A DNA stretch of 37,717 bases from Lenisia limosa. Lineage: Eukaryota; Protista; Breviatea. The notes beneath the pieces are model-generated. The model did no database searches and was not told the DNA's origin. It saw nothing but the letters and a program-made list of their open reading frames with translations. How positions within the stretch are numbered: the first letter of the stretch is position 1; each line of letters begins with the position of its first letter. The DNA lies in NCBI GenBank assembly GCA_001655205.1, contig LPNZ01010503.1, positions 1-37,717 of the forward strand. Direction: 5' to 3'. Positions 22,201-32,721 of the stretch are shown piece after piece. A program made the position numbers and the translations under genes.

Positions 22201-25200
22201 GTCGACAACAAAAGAGAGGTGCAGGTTTCCCGGGGATCCTTGCTCCTGTGTGAAACCAAAAGATGCGGTAGAGTTGTGTGTTCTGATATCCACATTTATG
22301 TCCGGAGAATCAGATCTAGACGGTTGAGACTATCGGAAAAGATACACTCAGAAGAACGATTTCAGAATAGTGGTGCAGTTATCACTTACAATCCTATTGA
22401 TCTGCGCAAAATAGCTTACATTTGAGAATGGTATTTGGGCTCAAAAAGGGCGTCGGCAACCGTTATTTCAACTTCTTGTCCGTCTAACAATTAAAAAGAT
22501 TTGGGGCAAACCTGTTGTATTGAATATCATATCATATACTATCTATAATTTATTATGATGAAAGATGAACGCAAAATCAAACTCTTTTCTTGAGCCCACC
22601 ATCTTCGCGTTCCAGTTCAAACGGCAGCGTGGCTACGGTCCCGGTTGAAAAGGGCGTTGAGGGCTTCCGGATTTTATAACTATGCACTGACTGTTTCAAA
22701 GGCATCGTCTTGGTATCTACGGTATTAGAGGCAATGATAATTCAAAACGTGGAAAATGAACATTTTGGTAAACCCCCCGGAAAAGATTTCTTAAATTCAT
22801 TTCAGAAAATATACCACGATTCCAAGATTGTGTTATGCCGAGTCTTGAGCCCCAAACGCACAAAGATTGCTCAAAATGCCAACATCTGATCCGTCAAACT
22901 CCTTCTTCTCATGTACACTACAATGGTGACAAAAGTGGCATTTGAAAACGATGAACGGCGAAAAAGAGAATATTTCACGAGAGCTTCAATCCACGATTGA
23001 GCACTCCCGAAAGATTTTGAATATCCACTCTTTTGGAACAAAGGCGAAGCTCTACATTTTACAGTAGCGCTGAAGGCATTTCTCTAAGATGGAGGACAGA
23101 CACCCTTGGTAATTATCAGCCCCCCCCCCCCACCACGCAACAGNNNNNNNNNNNNNNNNNNNNNNNNNNNNNNNNNNNNNNNNNNNNNNNNNNNNNNNNN
23201 NNTACCAAAGTCCTCTGATAGGTTAATGTACGAAGGCCGAGTCTATGGTGAGAGTGGATTCCTTTTTCCAGTGAACCTCGTAAGTTTGTATGGATGAAAG
23301 TACCCACTCGTTTCAATAGGAAATATTCATAATTTATGCCAAAATATTCGTCTTTCTATCATCGTCAGAGCGGAAAAATTATTCCCTGCATACTTGAAGA
23401 TATGTGGGTTGAGAGCTCAGTAGCCTAGAGCAGTGAGGTACACTTGGACAAGAATGGTCATCACACAAAGAGGAGCTTACATTCAAAGGTTGACAGAAGA
23501 GTTTGAAGTACGTAATTGTCCAATCCCGAGGTTCGCTCTACATTCTTTACTTCCTACATTTAAAGGCCATGGATATTCAATACAGCACGGTACTATCTCA
23601 GATGGAGGGGCTAACGTCAGAAAACTTGACTGGGCTTGTACTAAGGAAGCGACTGAGGATACAGACTTCTGCTTCTCCCTCGGGGTCTGATTCGTTCAGA
23701 GTTGTCACCTGCATGGTGAGAGAAGTGATGCGATTAAGGAAAGATGGAGATATTGCAGAAAAAGACAAACAATCGAGAGTTGCGAACAATAGCAAACATT
23801 TATTTTGAAGCTAAAGTCCATGACCGATGTGAAGGCAATTGATGGGGACTCATCCTCAACAGTCATTGAATAAAAATTCCTGGGGATGTAAGGTCAACGA
23901 CAAACTGAAATGAGAACAGTTTTCTGTAAACAACACCCACGGCTTGGTACTGCGAGTCCTTTTGAAGGAAACTGCAACTTCCCGAGATTCTTGAACAACA
24001 TTTCCTCCAACGAGTGCCTGGAACTGAAGAAATAAAAATATCATTAGAATAGGTAACAACATTCAATCATCGAGGCCAACCTTTATCAGTGGCTCTTCAA
24101 GAAGCAACAAATCCGTGTACATTAGAGTAAACTCAACAATGGTGTCGCCCTAAAACCTTCAATTGACCCATAAAGAAACGTAAAATGCAGCAACATAAGG
24201 AAGATCTAAGATATGATTTCACCAATAACGTCCATACATATAATGAATCTTGTTGGAAGAAAACACCTTCAGGGGTCACAGCTTGCACAACAACTTCCGC
24301 AGCAGCATTTGTTGCAACTGGATGGTGAACATAGGACAGAATACTAAAGGCGGTTTCCCGAGAAATGTCATTACCCTCCCTCCTTATCTCAAATAAGCTT
24401 GAAATATATGGAACGTTAAGAAAGACCACTTGAAAAGGACAATAGACAAACCCTTTCCATTGACGATGGGAGTCACTGAAACCTGGATTGGGTCCGTCTG
24501 TGAAGTCAAAACTGAAGTAAGTACCGTACCAAATCGAAGACGTCCATACTGCATCTTGAACCATCCCTATAAGGCGACAGCAAAGAACATCCGTCAAGCC
24601 CAGTGATCCCCAAAGTGACGTCACTAACGGACGGAGCAATCGTCATGTCTATTCCCTAGTGAATCAGCCTTTAAAATAAACAACTCGCATATGTCATCAA
24701 ATGCATAAACCGTTTCAATATAACCCTGACATTTGAAGCAACACCTTCCGCGAAAACTTTCAGAATCACGTTTCCGGTGGCTCTGGGGGGGGGGGTTAGG
24801 ACAGGGCTAATACTGTTAATTGTTGATGCATCCAAACATACCCAGATTGAGTAACTTCGAGGTCTGTATGGACTTCTCCATTCTCGTCAGTTACCCACGT
24901 ACCGAAATTCTGAGCCAGTAAGGGGGAAAGTTGCATACAGATCTTTGGTTCACCCCACTGACTGTAATTTGCTTAAAGTACTTGGAAGGCGTCTGACTGA
25001 TGAAATAATCTTGGTTCACTCCATGAGGTGTGTCTAAAAATAATTTTTACAAAACCTAATTTAGAGCATCATTACTAGAAAGAGGACAATGTTGTAATCG
25101 GGCAATAAAAGAAACAGCTTACAGTAAGAGGCGAAGTCAAAGTATACCAAAGTGTTAGGCAAAGGAGTTCCAACAGCATTCGTTACCTGTATACCATTAA

Positions 25201-27568
25201 CGATGCACAGATCAATTGGAACGAAACATACAACAACTAGCCAAAACAGAAAAATTGCGCAGGTGGAGGAGTTGGCTAATTACGTACCTTCGCTGAAACG
25301 GAGAAGGGAGTAAGGCTTTTAATGACCTTTTTGTCGTGGAGGGTGAGTTTAATCTGTAAGTAAAAACACCAACCAACGAAATATACTCCAAAAAAGGATA
25401 TTTTGCCTGTCATGAAATGGGCAATTCTCCCTCCAAACCTGTTGTACCCTATGGGGGACTACATAAGGGGGAAGTTCAAAGATCTGCTTATCGGCTGTAT
25501 CAGCGGACAGCTCGCCAATAATTATTTTGACAGCCTGGTGGTGAGCGGGGAATATTCTGGCAGCTTAGCATCTTAAAAAGCAGGAAAGTATATTTCTTAG
25601 AACCTGATAAATCATTAATATGATATAATAAATAGCCTTTAGAATTATGTCGGTAGCTGAGCGCGCTCATCATATAATACTCTTCCCACAAATCGTGACG
25701 ACGCAGCACCACGGGGTATTGGGGCCAATTCAGCCATTCCATTCTTATCAGACACAGCAAATGAGTTATTGAGGGTGGCTAAAGTGGTAAAACCACAAAT
25801 CTCGGTTTCTTTGAGGCGTCATACCATAGTCTGGAATGCCCATCAGGAGGCTGGTTGCCGCTTCACTAAAGGCCTCCAAAGCAGAAACAGTAGCCCCTTC
25901 CAGTGGCTCTCCAAACGTGGTTCGGACTTGGACCTGCGAAGTTATCAGTCACTTGGGTTCTAACAGTAGGTTAGATCAATAACTTATCATAGATGATGTA
26001 TGACTAGCATAATATTATCATAAGTATGTGCGAATAGTACATACATAGTAGAAAAAAAAAAAAAAAAGCAANNNNNNNNNNNNNNNNNNNNNNNNNNNNN
26101 NNNNNNNNNNNNNNNNNNNNNNNNNNNNNNNNNNNNNNNNNTCTCAAACACATACTTTAATCGGGTCCATGGGTACATTGAAGCCATTAAACTTGCCATG
26201 GTCAAGAATCTCGATTTCGGCAGCTTGGGAGACTGAAGAATGAGAAGAGTTTAATAATGCTGTTTGTTAATTGTTTAAGTCCATTGACCATCTTTCAATT
26301 AATTGTTTAATTTTGAGCATTCAGAACAAACCTTGCTACAGTGCCCTTCACCCCATCTCTACCTAAACTAATTTCAAAAGTGGCACAAGGGAGATTGTCC
26401 TCGTTTTCATGAGGGACGGGCCGAACAGTCATTTCGTACACGCCGGACGTTCCGGACTTGAAGGAAAGATCGGGAAACTCAACAAACTACAGCATGACGA
26501 CAGTGGACAGAGCCCACCCCAATGTTGTCCGTTGTACGCCGGTTGCCTTCCATAAGGGGAACACAGAAGCTGTCCACTGAACTGGCCATTGAGGTGCCTT
26601 CTAGGCCTCCCACCAAGTCTGGATGTTAGGTTAGCTGTGGCCAGGTTTGGCTACATTTTCAATGTTACACATACGAAGAAATGACTATTTAATAATGATA
26701 CGCTCAGAGATTTTCAACAGCCCACTGCAAATGGGCTGGATCATGGCGGACCGCGCGGCCGTCAGTCTTGCCGTCACTTCAACCTCGCGGCTGGCCACCC
26801 CAAACCCCTCCGAGTTAAGCAGGAATCCCTGAGCGGGGTAAATCGGTCTGTTCGGTCCTGATGTCAACCTCAATCCTTAGCACAAGCCTCACCGAAAGTG
26901 GTAACGTGGCTCGTGTGATCTTGGATCCCAGAATGTGTTCACCTTTGGGCTTGATGGAGATGGACACCTGAGTGGTCACTTGAAACCAGTCCATTTCAGC
27001 GCCTAACCGACGATGGCGATGAAACGTCTCCCTTGGTCCTTGAGGGGTCGAAAATGAAGGGGGGAAGAACATCTGATAAAGTAACAAAAAAAATGAGTTT
27101 CATGCAGTAAAAACCAGAACTCTCTATACAATTCCTGTAATAGAGTCTACCAAATGGCATATTAACGGACCTAACAGACAGGGGAGATTCTATTATTTAA
27201 TTTAGGGAACAATGAGTATGAAGGAGGCTTGTCCAATTCCCCATGAAATGCCGTTCCCAATCCTTTGTTCTAAAGCATCCTGCAACCTTGCATGACGCTC
27301 AAGATGACCAGCAGGAAGAAGGCCACAGTCAACGGCCTGTTCAACACCCGCTCCGTCACAGTGTCGCATACCGGCTGAAGGGTTAGCAAGGGAACAAAAC
27401 TGCTGGTTTAGAAAAATGATAATAGACATTTATAGAAAAACTAAGCCATTTTGGATGATATTCTGTGAACAAAAGGAGATTTTCCATTGTTCATCTGAAG
27501 ACAGCAGAGGTGCAGCAAACCGGGTCAATAGGCAACTTGCTTGTCTTAAGATATCGTAACATTGTCAT
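13240..27568 (-). CDS. Giant STRA6-like (RBP_receptor family) multipass membrane protein with a roughly 1,400-aa Ig-like/beta-sandwich ectodomain; roughly 2,000 aa and more than 60 exons
   Basis: STRA6-family motifs occur in the expected order after splicing: YKYPQRFVYTAVISL (about 16590-16650), MKYTGYQVARI (about 14890-14930), FKIYNRRIFG (about 14480-14510), DYIGVFFNTLGGL, FFRFPRMD...FDAGFKIF...HRYTHPAVIAL (14020-14200) and QKARKRWQKAYTIVRNPG (13635-13730). Upstream exons continue without an evident gene break to a hydrophobic N-terminal segment (TVAFFLLVILSVMQG, about 27290-27340). Both ends are uncertain, and a few junctions were not resolved or lie in gaps. Confidence 0.85.
15490..15547 (-). 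repeat. 9-bp tandem repeat (TTTTTTTTC)n, about 6.5 copies; Pol III terminator T-runs and polypyrimidine tract
   Basis: GAAAAAAAA repeated on the + strand with G at 15490, 15499, 15508, 15517, 15526 and 15535. It begins immediately 3' of the tRNA-Sec CCA and precedes the acceptor at 15449. Confidence 0.85.
15549..15638 (-). tRNA. tRNA-Sec: tRNA-Sec (anticodon UCA), eukaryotic 9/4 fold, with genome-encoded CCA
   Basis: GAAGGAGTG-AG-CCCCCG/TGGC/CGGGGG-GATGGC/CTTCAAA/GCCATT-G-GTCCA/GTGA/TGGGC-A-GGAG/TTCGATT/CTCC-CTCTCCTTC-G-CCA. This gives a 9-bp acceptor stem (one U-U mismatch), a 6-bp D stem with 4-nt loop, a 6-bp anticodon stem with the CUUCAAA loop, a long variable arm, a 4-bp T stem and a G73 discriminator. 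Length is 87 nt plus CCA, followed by T-runs. Confidence 0.95.
15666..15671 (-). promoter_or_regulatory. TATA box of the tRNA-Sec gene (-33 to -28)
   Basis: TATATA(GAG) on the minus strand 28-33 nt upstream of tRNA G1. This matches the known external TATA-dependent Pol III promoter of tRNA-Sec genes. Confidence 0.6.
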
Positions 27569-27699
27569 TACCAGTGAGGTATACACAGGAGGTGATGATG
27601 GCTACCGAGAAACCACCATTTTCAAAACATTGCTGTTTTTGGACAGGATTCTTATTGTATTTGATTTGTAGTAATGTGAATAATATGATTTAAGAGCAT

Positions 27700-27712
27700 C
27701 CAATCATCCAAT
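27700..27712. promoter_or_regulatory. Tandem CCAAT boxes upstream of the STRA6-like gene
   Basis: CCAAT-CAT-CCAAT lies about 130-145 nt upstream of the putative ATG at 27568, in the intergenic region. Function is inferred. Confidence 0.35.
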
Positions 27713-28040
27713 AAGCGGAATCTGAGGCCAAGACGAAAAACAGCAAAGAGAGGGCGGCGGCGGCGGGACACTTCGGATTCAATTTACGTGTTTTCTTTTG
27801 CAGTTTTTTTTCTTTTTTTTTCTAAATCAAACAGAAATCAATAAAATAGACCGAAAATAGGCTCACAACATGTCTCTGTGTTCCAGTGTTGCAAACATAA
27901 CAATGTTCATATGTTCAATATGATAGATTGTCCATCAAACAGCATACAGCATATTTTCCTATGGTTATGGAGTTATGGTGATGGTGCGGATAGCAAAACA
28001 AGATGTATCGGATCAGCAAAGACGAGGCTTCCCGTTGTCC

Positions 28041-31000
28041 TTAGAGGACCCATTGTGAGATCTTGTTAATTGCGTCAATGCTACAATGTAAGAAGATAAA
28101 AAACGGTCGAATGTTTTTAATTAGAATTTANNNNNNNNNNNNNNNNNNNNNNNNNNNNNNNNNNNNNNNNNNNNNNNNNNNNNNNNNNNNNNNNNNNNNN
28201 NNNNNNNNNNNNNNNNNNNNNNNNNNNNNNNNNNNNNNNNNNNNNNNNNNNNNNNNNNNNNNNNNNNNNNNNNNNNNNNNNNNNNNNNNNNNNNNNNNNN
28301 NNNNNNNNNNNNNNNNNNNNNNNNNNNNNNNCAGGACATCCGCGAAGGTCCACACACTACAATCGAATAAGCAGACAGAAGGCAGGAAAACGAATAATAA
28401 TAGAATTGTTTCAAAAAAACGAAGAAAATCAAACTATCCTATTACATGGTTACTATAATACCCCCCCCCCCCNNNNNNNNNNNNNNNNNNNNNNNNNNNN
28501 NNNNNNNNNNNNNNNNNNNNNNNNNNNNNNNNNNNNNNNNNNNNNNNNNNNNNNNNNNNNNATCCTTGAGGAAAGAGTAAGGATTCATTTAGGTCCGAAA
28601 AAAGACGGAATTCCCATTAGTTCGGTACCAAAGGAGTAAGGGTAGGGCTTCACTTCAGTTCATCATCGAAAACGGATATTTTACCGGTCTTTTACGAACC
28701 GAAGTGAAGCCCTCAGTAAGGGAGGTGATGACAGGGGTGGGGGTCCAACAAGAAGAAGGGAAAAGAAATACAAACAAAAGACCCCCTTCATACCTGGGAG
28801 CCGCAAGCGTTGACAATTTGGCTGAGGCCCTCAGCACGCTCCATGCCGCCGTAAATGAGGTTCATGGACTTGACAGTGGGGTGCATGGGCTGAGGTGTAA
28901 AACATCACTAATTAGATTTGAAATTGTGCTGAATAGTAGTTCTTGTTGCCATTAGCACGCAGAAAGCTGTGTGCACAGAGTTGGCAAATGAATTAATATT
29001 ATACTATAAACCAATATCTCTTATTAGCGTGTAACTACAACTCTTTTCAAACTGTTAGATACAACCCTAAATTTGATAAATCTAACATCTATGTAGACCT
29101 TTCCTTCATAACTCTGAGATACGCGACCTAATTGTATCCCGGTTTATCTTTAATGTTCTTCACTTTCGGTTTCAAAAAAGACGGAATCCTCGATAAATCC
29201 TCGACAAATATCGATATGTACCGCTTCATTGGGACCAAAAGTGAAGACGTAAAAGAAACAAAGCCTACGATGTTGAAGACGGCCTTGCACTTGTTGAGAT
29301 GCCAGTCGAGGGTGAGGTACTTGGAGCGGACACGGTGGTGCTCAGGGGCGTTCTGGAAGTAGGCCACTTCGCTACACTTCTGCCACCACCATTGGCCTAG
29401 GAGTGTGACACAAGACCTTCATGCAATTGGTTACAGACTCTTTAGCCATTGGACATGTGTCTTCACCTCCCTTCACCTCCCTCCCTCCCCTCCCTCCCCA
29501 CGGTAGTTCATGGCAGCGGTGGGGGTCAGGATGCGGTGCCACTTGGTGGAGTAGTTGTTGGGCTCTCCGAAGTCCTTGTAGAAGAAGTTGAAGAGGTAGT
29601 CTGTGGAGGTTATGACCTGCCATCATGCATCTTCGGCATCCATTATATAAATAATAAATAGACGGTCAAAAGGAGCTTTGATTTCATCATTTGTTCGTGC
29701 CTTTACACCAATATTCTTCGTCGAGATTTAATTCGTTCCTTCGATTGTATTTCCTGATAAAATGATACTCCCCACCCTTGTAAGCTGCCATCAGCTGGTC
29801 AATGCTACCGTCAGTCTTCTTAAGAGGGGCGCAGAGGGCGTCAGGAGATCCGTATCTACAACAGTTATGAAGTGTCGGGTGTGTCTTTGTTGTACAGTAA
29901 CCGCTGGATCTTTATGATAGAGGTTTCACTGCAAAGAGTAACAAAGACCAGAATCCAGAGGACTAATCAGCTGGAATAGGTCTGCGGCAAAAAAAAAGAG
30001 AGGTAGGTCCGACTATAGTCAATGCGCGACCCACTGGAATCCGAGAGCCATAGCGTCGGCCATGAGGTACCAAAAGTCCATCTCATCCACGTCATCAACC
30101 TTCAGGGCGGCACGCAGCGCGTTGAAACGGGTCTGGACAGACAGTTAGAATTGATGATGCACCCCCCTCTCTATCACTATATCACACCATATTAATGAAG
30201 AGGTCGGGAGGATTGAAGTTTGCTGTCAGCNNNNNNNNNNNNNNNNNNNNNNNNNNNNNNNNNNNNNNNNNNNNNNNNNNNNNNNNNNNNNNNNNNNNNN
30301 NNNNNNNNNNNNNNNNNNNNNNNNNNNNNNNNNNNNNNNNNNNNNNNNNNNNNNNNNNNNNNNNNNNNNNNNNNNNNNNNNNNNNNNNNNNNNNNCTCAT
30401 GTGGTTGGCACAGATCATGCCGGCACTGGCGCGGATCTGTTGGTCGAACTCAACAAAGCTGCGGGGTGAGGGAAGGTGCTATAAAATTGAATTGTACAAG
30501 ATGTACCATGAACGAACCTTATTTCACAATCCACTCAAAACCTCTTTACCCCCCCCCCCCCNNNNNNNNNNNNNNNNNNNNNNNNNNNNNNNNNNNNNNN
30601 NNNNNNNNNNNNNNNNNNNNNNNNNNNNNNNNNNNNNNNNNNNNNNNNNNNNNNNNNNNNNNNNNNNNNNNNNNNNNNNNNNNNNNNNNNNNNNNNNNNN
30701 NNNNNNNNNNNNTACACGTTCGGGGTACTTCTGCATCCTTATTAGAGCTCGATAGTAAGAAAATACAGTAACATTAAATGCAATAAAAGCTTGGAATACA
30801 AAAGAAGGGTTCAATAAAACAAAATTAAAATGCATATCCCACCTGTCTCATGAATGAGGAAAGAGCTCCGGGGTAAGAGCCACCAACAGTCACCCATTTG
30901 TTGTTTCCCTAAAAGTGTCAGTGATAGGCTATTTTTCAAAAAAAAAAAAACCACAAAGAAACTACACAAAACCCTAATAAATAGTGTTGTTCACAGGCAG

Positions 31001-32342
31001 CGATTGTACCACATCATACCTTGCCACCATGCTCCATAAGGACGGACTCAATTGACTGCATGAAAACATTGAGATCCTCAAGAGCTGAAGAGTGAAATTC
31101 ATATCTGTATTGACATTGGCTAATGATTTAAATTAGTTTCATTATATGTATATACATTTATGAAATAGATCATTTCAGTACAACTATAAGCAAACAGCCC
31201 CCCCCCCCCATTCTTATACCATTGCTGATGGTGAGGNNNNNNNNNNNNNNNNNNNNNNNNNNNNNNNNNNNNNNNNNNNNNNNNNNNNNNNNNNNNNNNN
31301 NNNNNNNNNNNNNNNNNNNNNNNNNNNNNAAGAAGCTCGTAGGGGAGGGAACTGGTTGGTAAGGGCTTGGCTTATGACAATAGAACCATTTTTAATCTAT
31401 TCAAAAAAAAAAAAAAGTCTTAAAACAGAAATTCAAGCAAAGTCAAAACCACCGTCATTCAGCCCCTCGAGAAATTTAGAGCTCTCTTTGTTTGTCACCA
31501 TACGGACATTTCAGTTGAACAGATCCTATCACCCCCTCCAATCACCTCCCCAATATTCACAGTACCCGTATCAATTCAGCCCCTTACGTTCCGTAATAGC
31601 GATGTTCGAGGGCAACAACTCCGGCACTACACTCAGTGAGTGCGAGGCAAAACGAAACGAAGAGTGTTTTAAGTGAACGATAAGACCAGCAAATTGAAAA
31701 GATAAGCACAAAAAAACTTACAAAAAATATCATAAAAACAGTATGGATTGGTTGAAGTTTAGCATGATATTATCTGGTCTAAAGACTCTGAGCGACATAC
31801 CCAAGCTTCTTGGCAAGAGTCTCAGTCATCCAGCTCTTGGAAATACCACGGCACTCGGCTAAAGCAGTCATCTTTAGTCACTAGAAAAAAAGGTGTGCAA
31901 AACACCATGAGACCAAGGAACTGTAGAAAGAACGAGATCATCCTCTCTATTAAATTTGCTGCTATCGATGGTTTTTTAAAAATTCTCCAAATCCGCCAAA
32001 AGGGAAGAGAGAGAGAGACCCTCAGCACCTTCACCACAGATATACATGATCATGGGTCCGTTGACGTCGTGCATGTAGTCTAAGTTGGTCCAATAACGTT
32101 GGTTAAAAAGACTGATGAAGTTAAAACTAAAGCAGGGCATAATAACACCAACCCAAGGTTAGGGAAGTCGTGAGAAATCTGTTGTCTGAAGATAGATTGC
32201 TGGCTATCCATAAGAGGCTCTTCTACATGGGTTAATGCCTATATTCACCCCTAACAAGCAGACCGATAGCCCATTTCGGCTTAGTGTGGAAAGCCGCTGT
32301 CGCCGCAGCAATAAGGATACAAAACAAGAATACACTTCTCAT
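28041..32342 (-). CDS. Secreted serine carboxypeptidase, peptidase family S28 (lysosomal Pro-X carboxypeptidase-like)
   Basis: Signal peptide MRSVFLFCILIAAATA (ATG 32342). Family motifs follow: FRQQISHDF..LFNQRYW, GPMIMYICGE, GVVALEHRYYG, ALEDLNVF, the nucleophile motif WVTVGGSYPGALS (about 30865-30890), FVEFDQQI, DFWYLMADA..FQYG, WWWQKCSEVAYFQ, NLIYGG...NACGSQ|D(PW in gap), CVDLRGCP and INKISQWVL* (TAA 28041-28043). Confidence 0.93.
28643..28714. mobile_element. 72-bp MITE-like foldback element with 8-bp target-site duplication (hAT-like), in an S28 intron
   Basis: Arms are AGGGCTTCACTTCAGTTC (28644-28661) and GAACCGAAGTGAAGCCCT (28696-28713), 17/18 complementary. An identical AGTAAGGG flanks both sides (28635-28642 and 28715-28722). 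TAGGG-type termini with an 8-bp TSD are typical of the hAT superfamily. Confidence 0.55.
29158..29246. mobile_element. Degenerate relative of the same foldback element in the adjacent S28 intron
   Basis: CTTCACTTTCGGTTTC...GGGACCAAAAGTGAAG inverted ends resemble the 28644-28713 arms. It also shares an exact 14-mer, AAAAAAGACGGAAT (29174-29187), with 28598-28611. No TSD is visible. Confidence 0.35.
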
Positions 32343-32721
32343 TCTGTCTCTTTCAAAAGTGATTTGAAAAAAAAAAAAAATTATTTTAATACACACTGGT
32401 CCAAATTATTAAGCTGGGCGGATGGGCAGATTTTTTGCATCATGTTTGATGATTATCACATGAAAAAGGGTCAATGGGGAATGTTGATTGTTTTTTATTA
32501 TTATGTAAATTGACTGATTGATAACTTGGTAACAAGTTTGTGCTGAGTTCGCGTTCGCAACAAGGCAACAAGGTTGCAAGGTCATGCTGGATGGAGTAAC
32601 GTTCACAACTCGTGAAACAGGTTCCGACTGACACTACATTACATAACCAGATTACAATCCAAAACAGCACTCAATCATGCTGAAACTACGATGACTAAAT
32701 AACACTTGTTCTGCAGATGAG

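Larger units (their letters stand above)
5321..31329. other. 14 assembly gaps (N runs), all inside genes
   Basis: Gaps start at 5321, 9472, 11019, 11468, 13009, 16036, 16992, 23144, 26072, 28131, 28473, 30231, 30562 and 31237. Six directly abut G or C homopolymers of 10 nt or more, and two more lie within about 30 nt of one. Confidence 0.95.

Noticed and set aside
13240-27568. Treating this region as several separate genes (GPCR-like, OST-alpha-like, meckelin-like, secreted proteins)
   Set aside because: STRA6 motifs run in order across the tRNA-containing intron, and most exon phases chain into the ectodomain with no internal signal peptide or stop found. The meckelin and OST-alpha motifs did not hold up.
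5234-30835. ORF-track entries containing X runs
   Set aside because: They are open only because the N gaps contain no stop codons.
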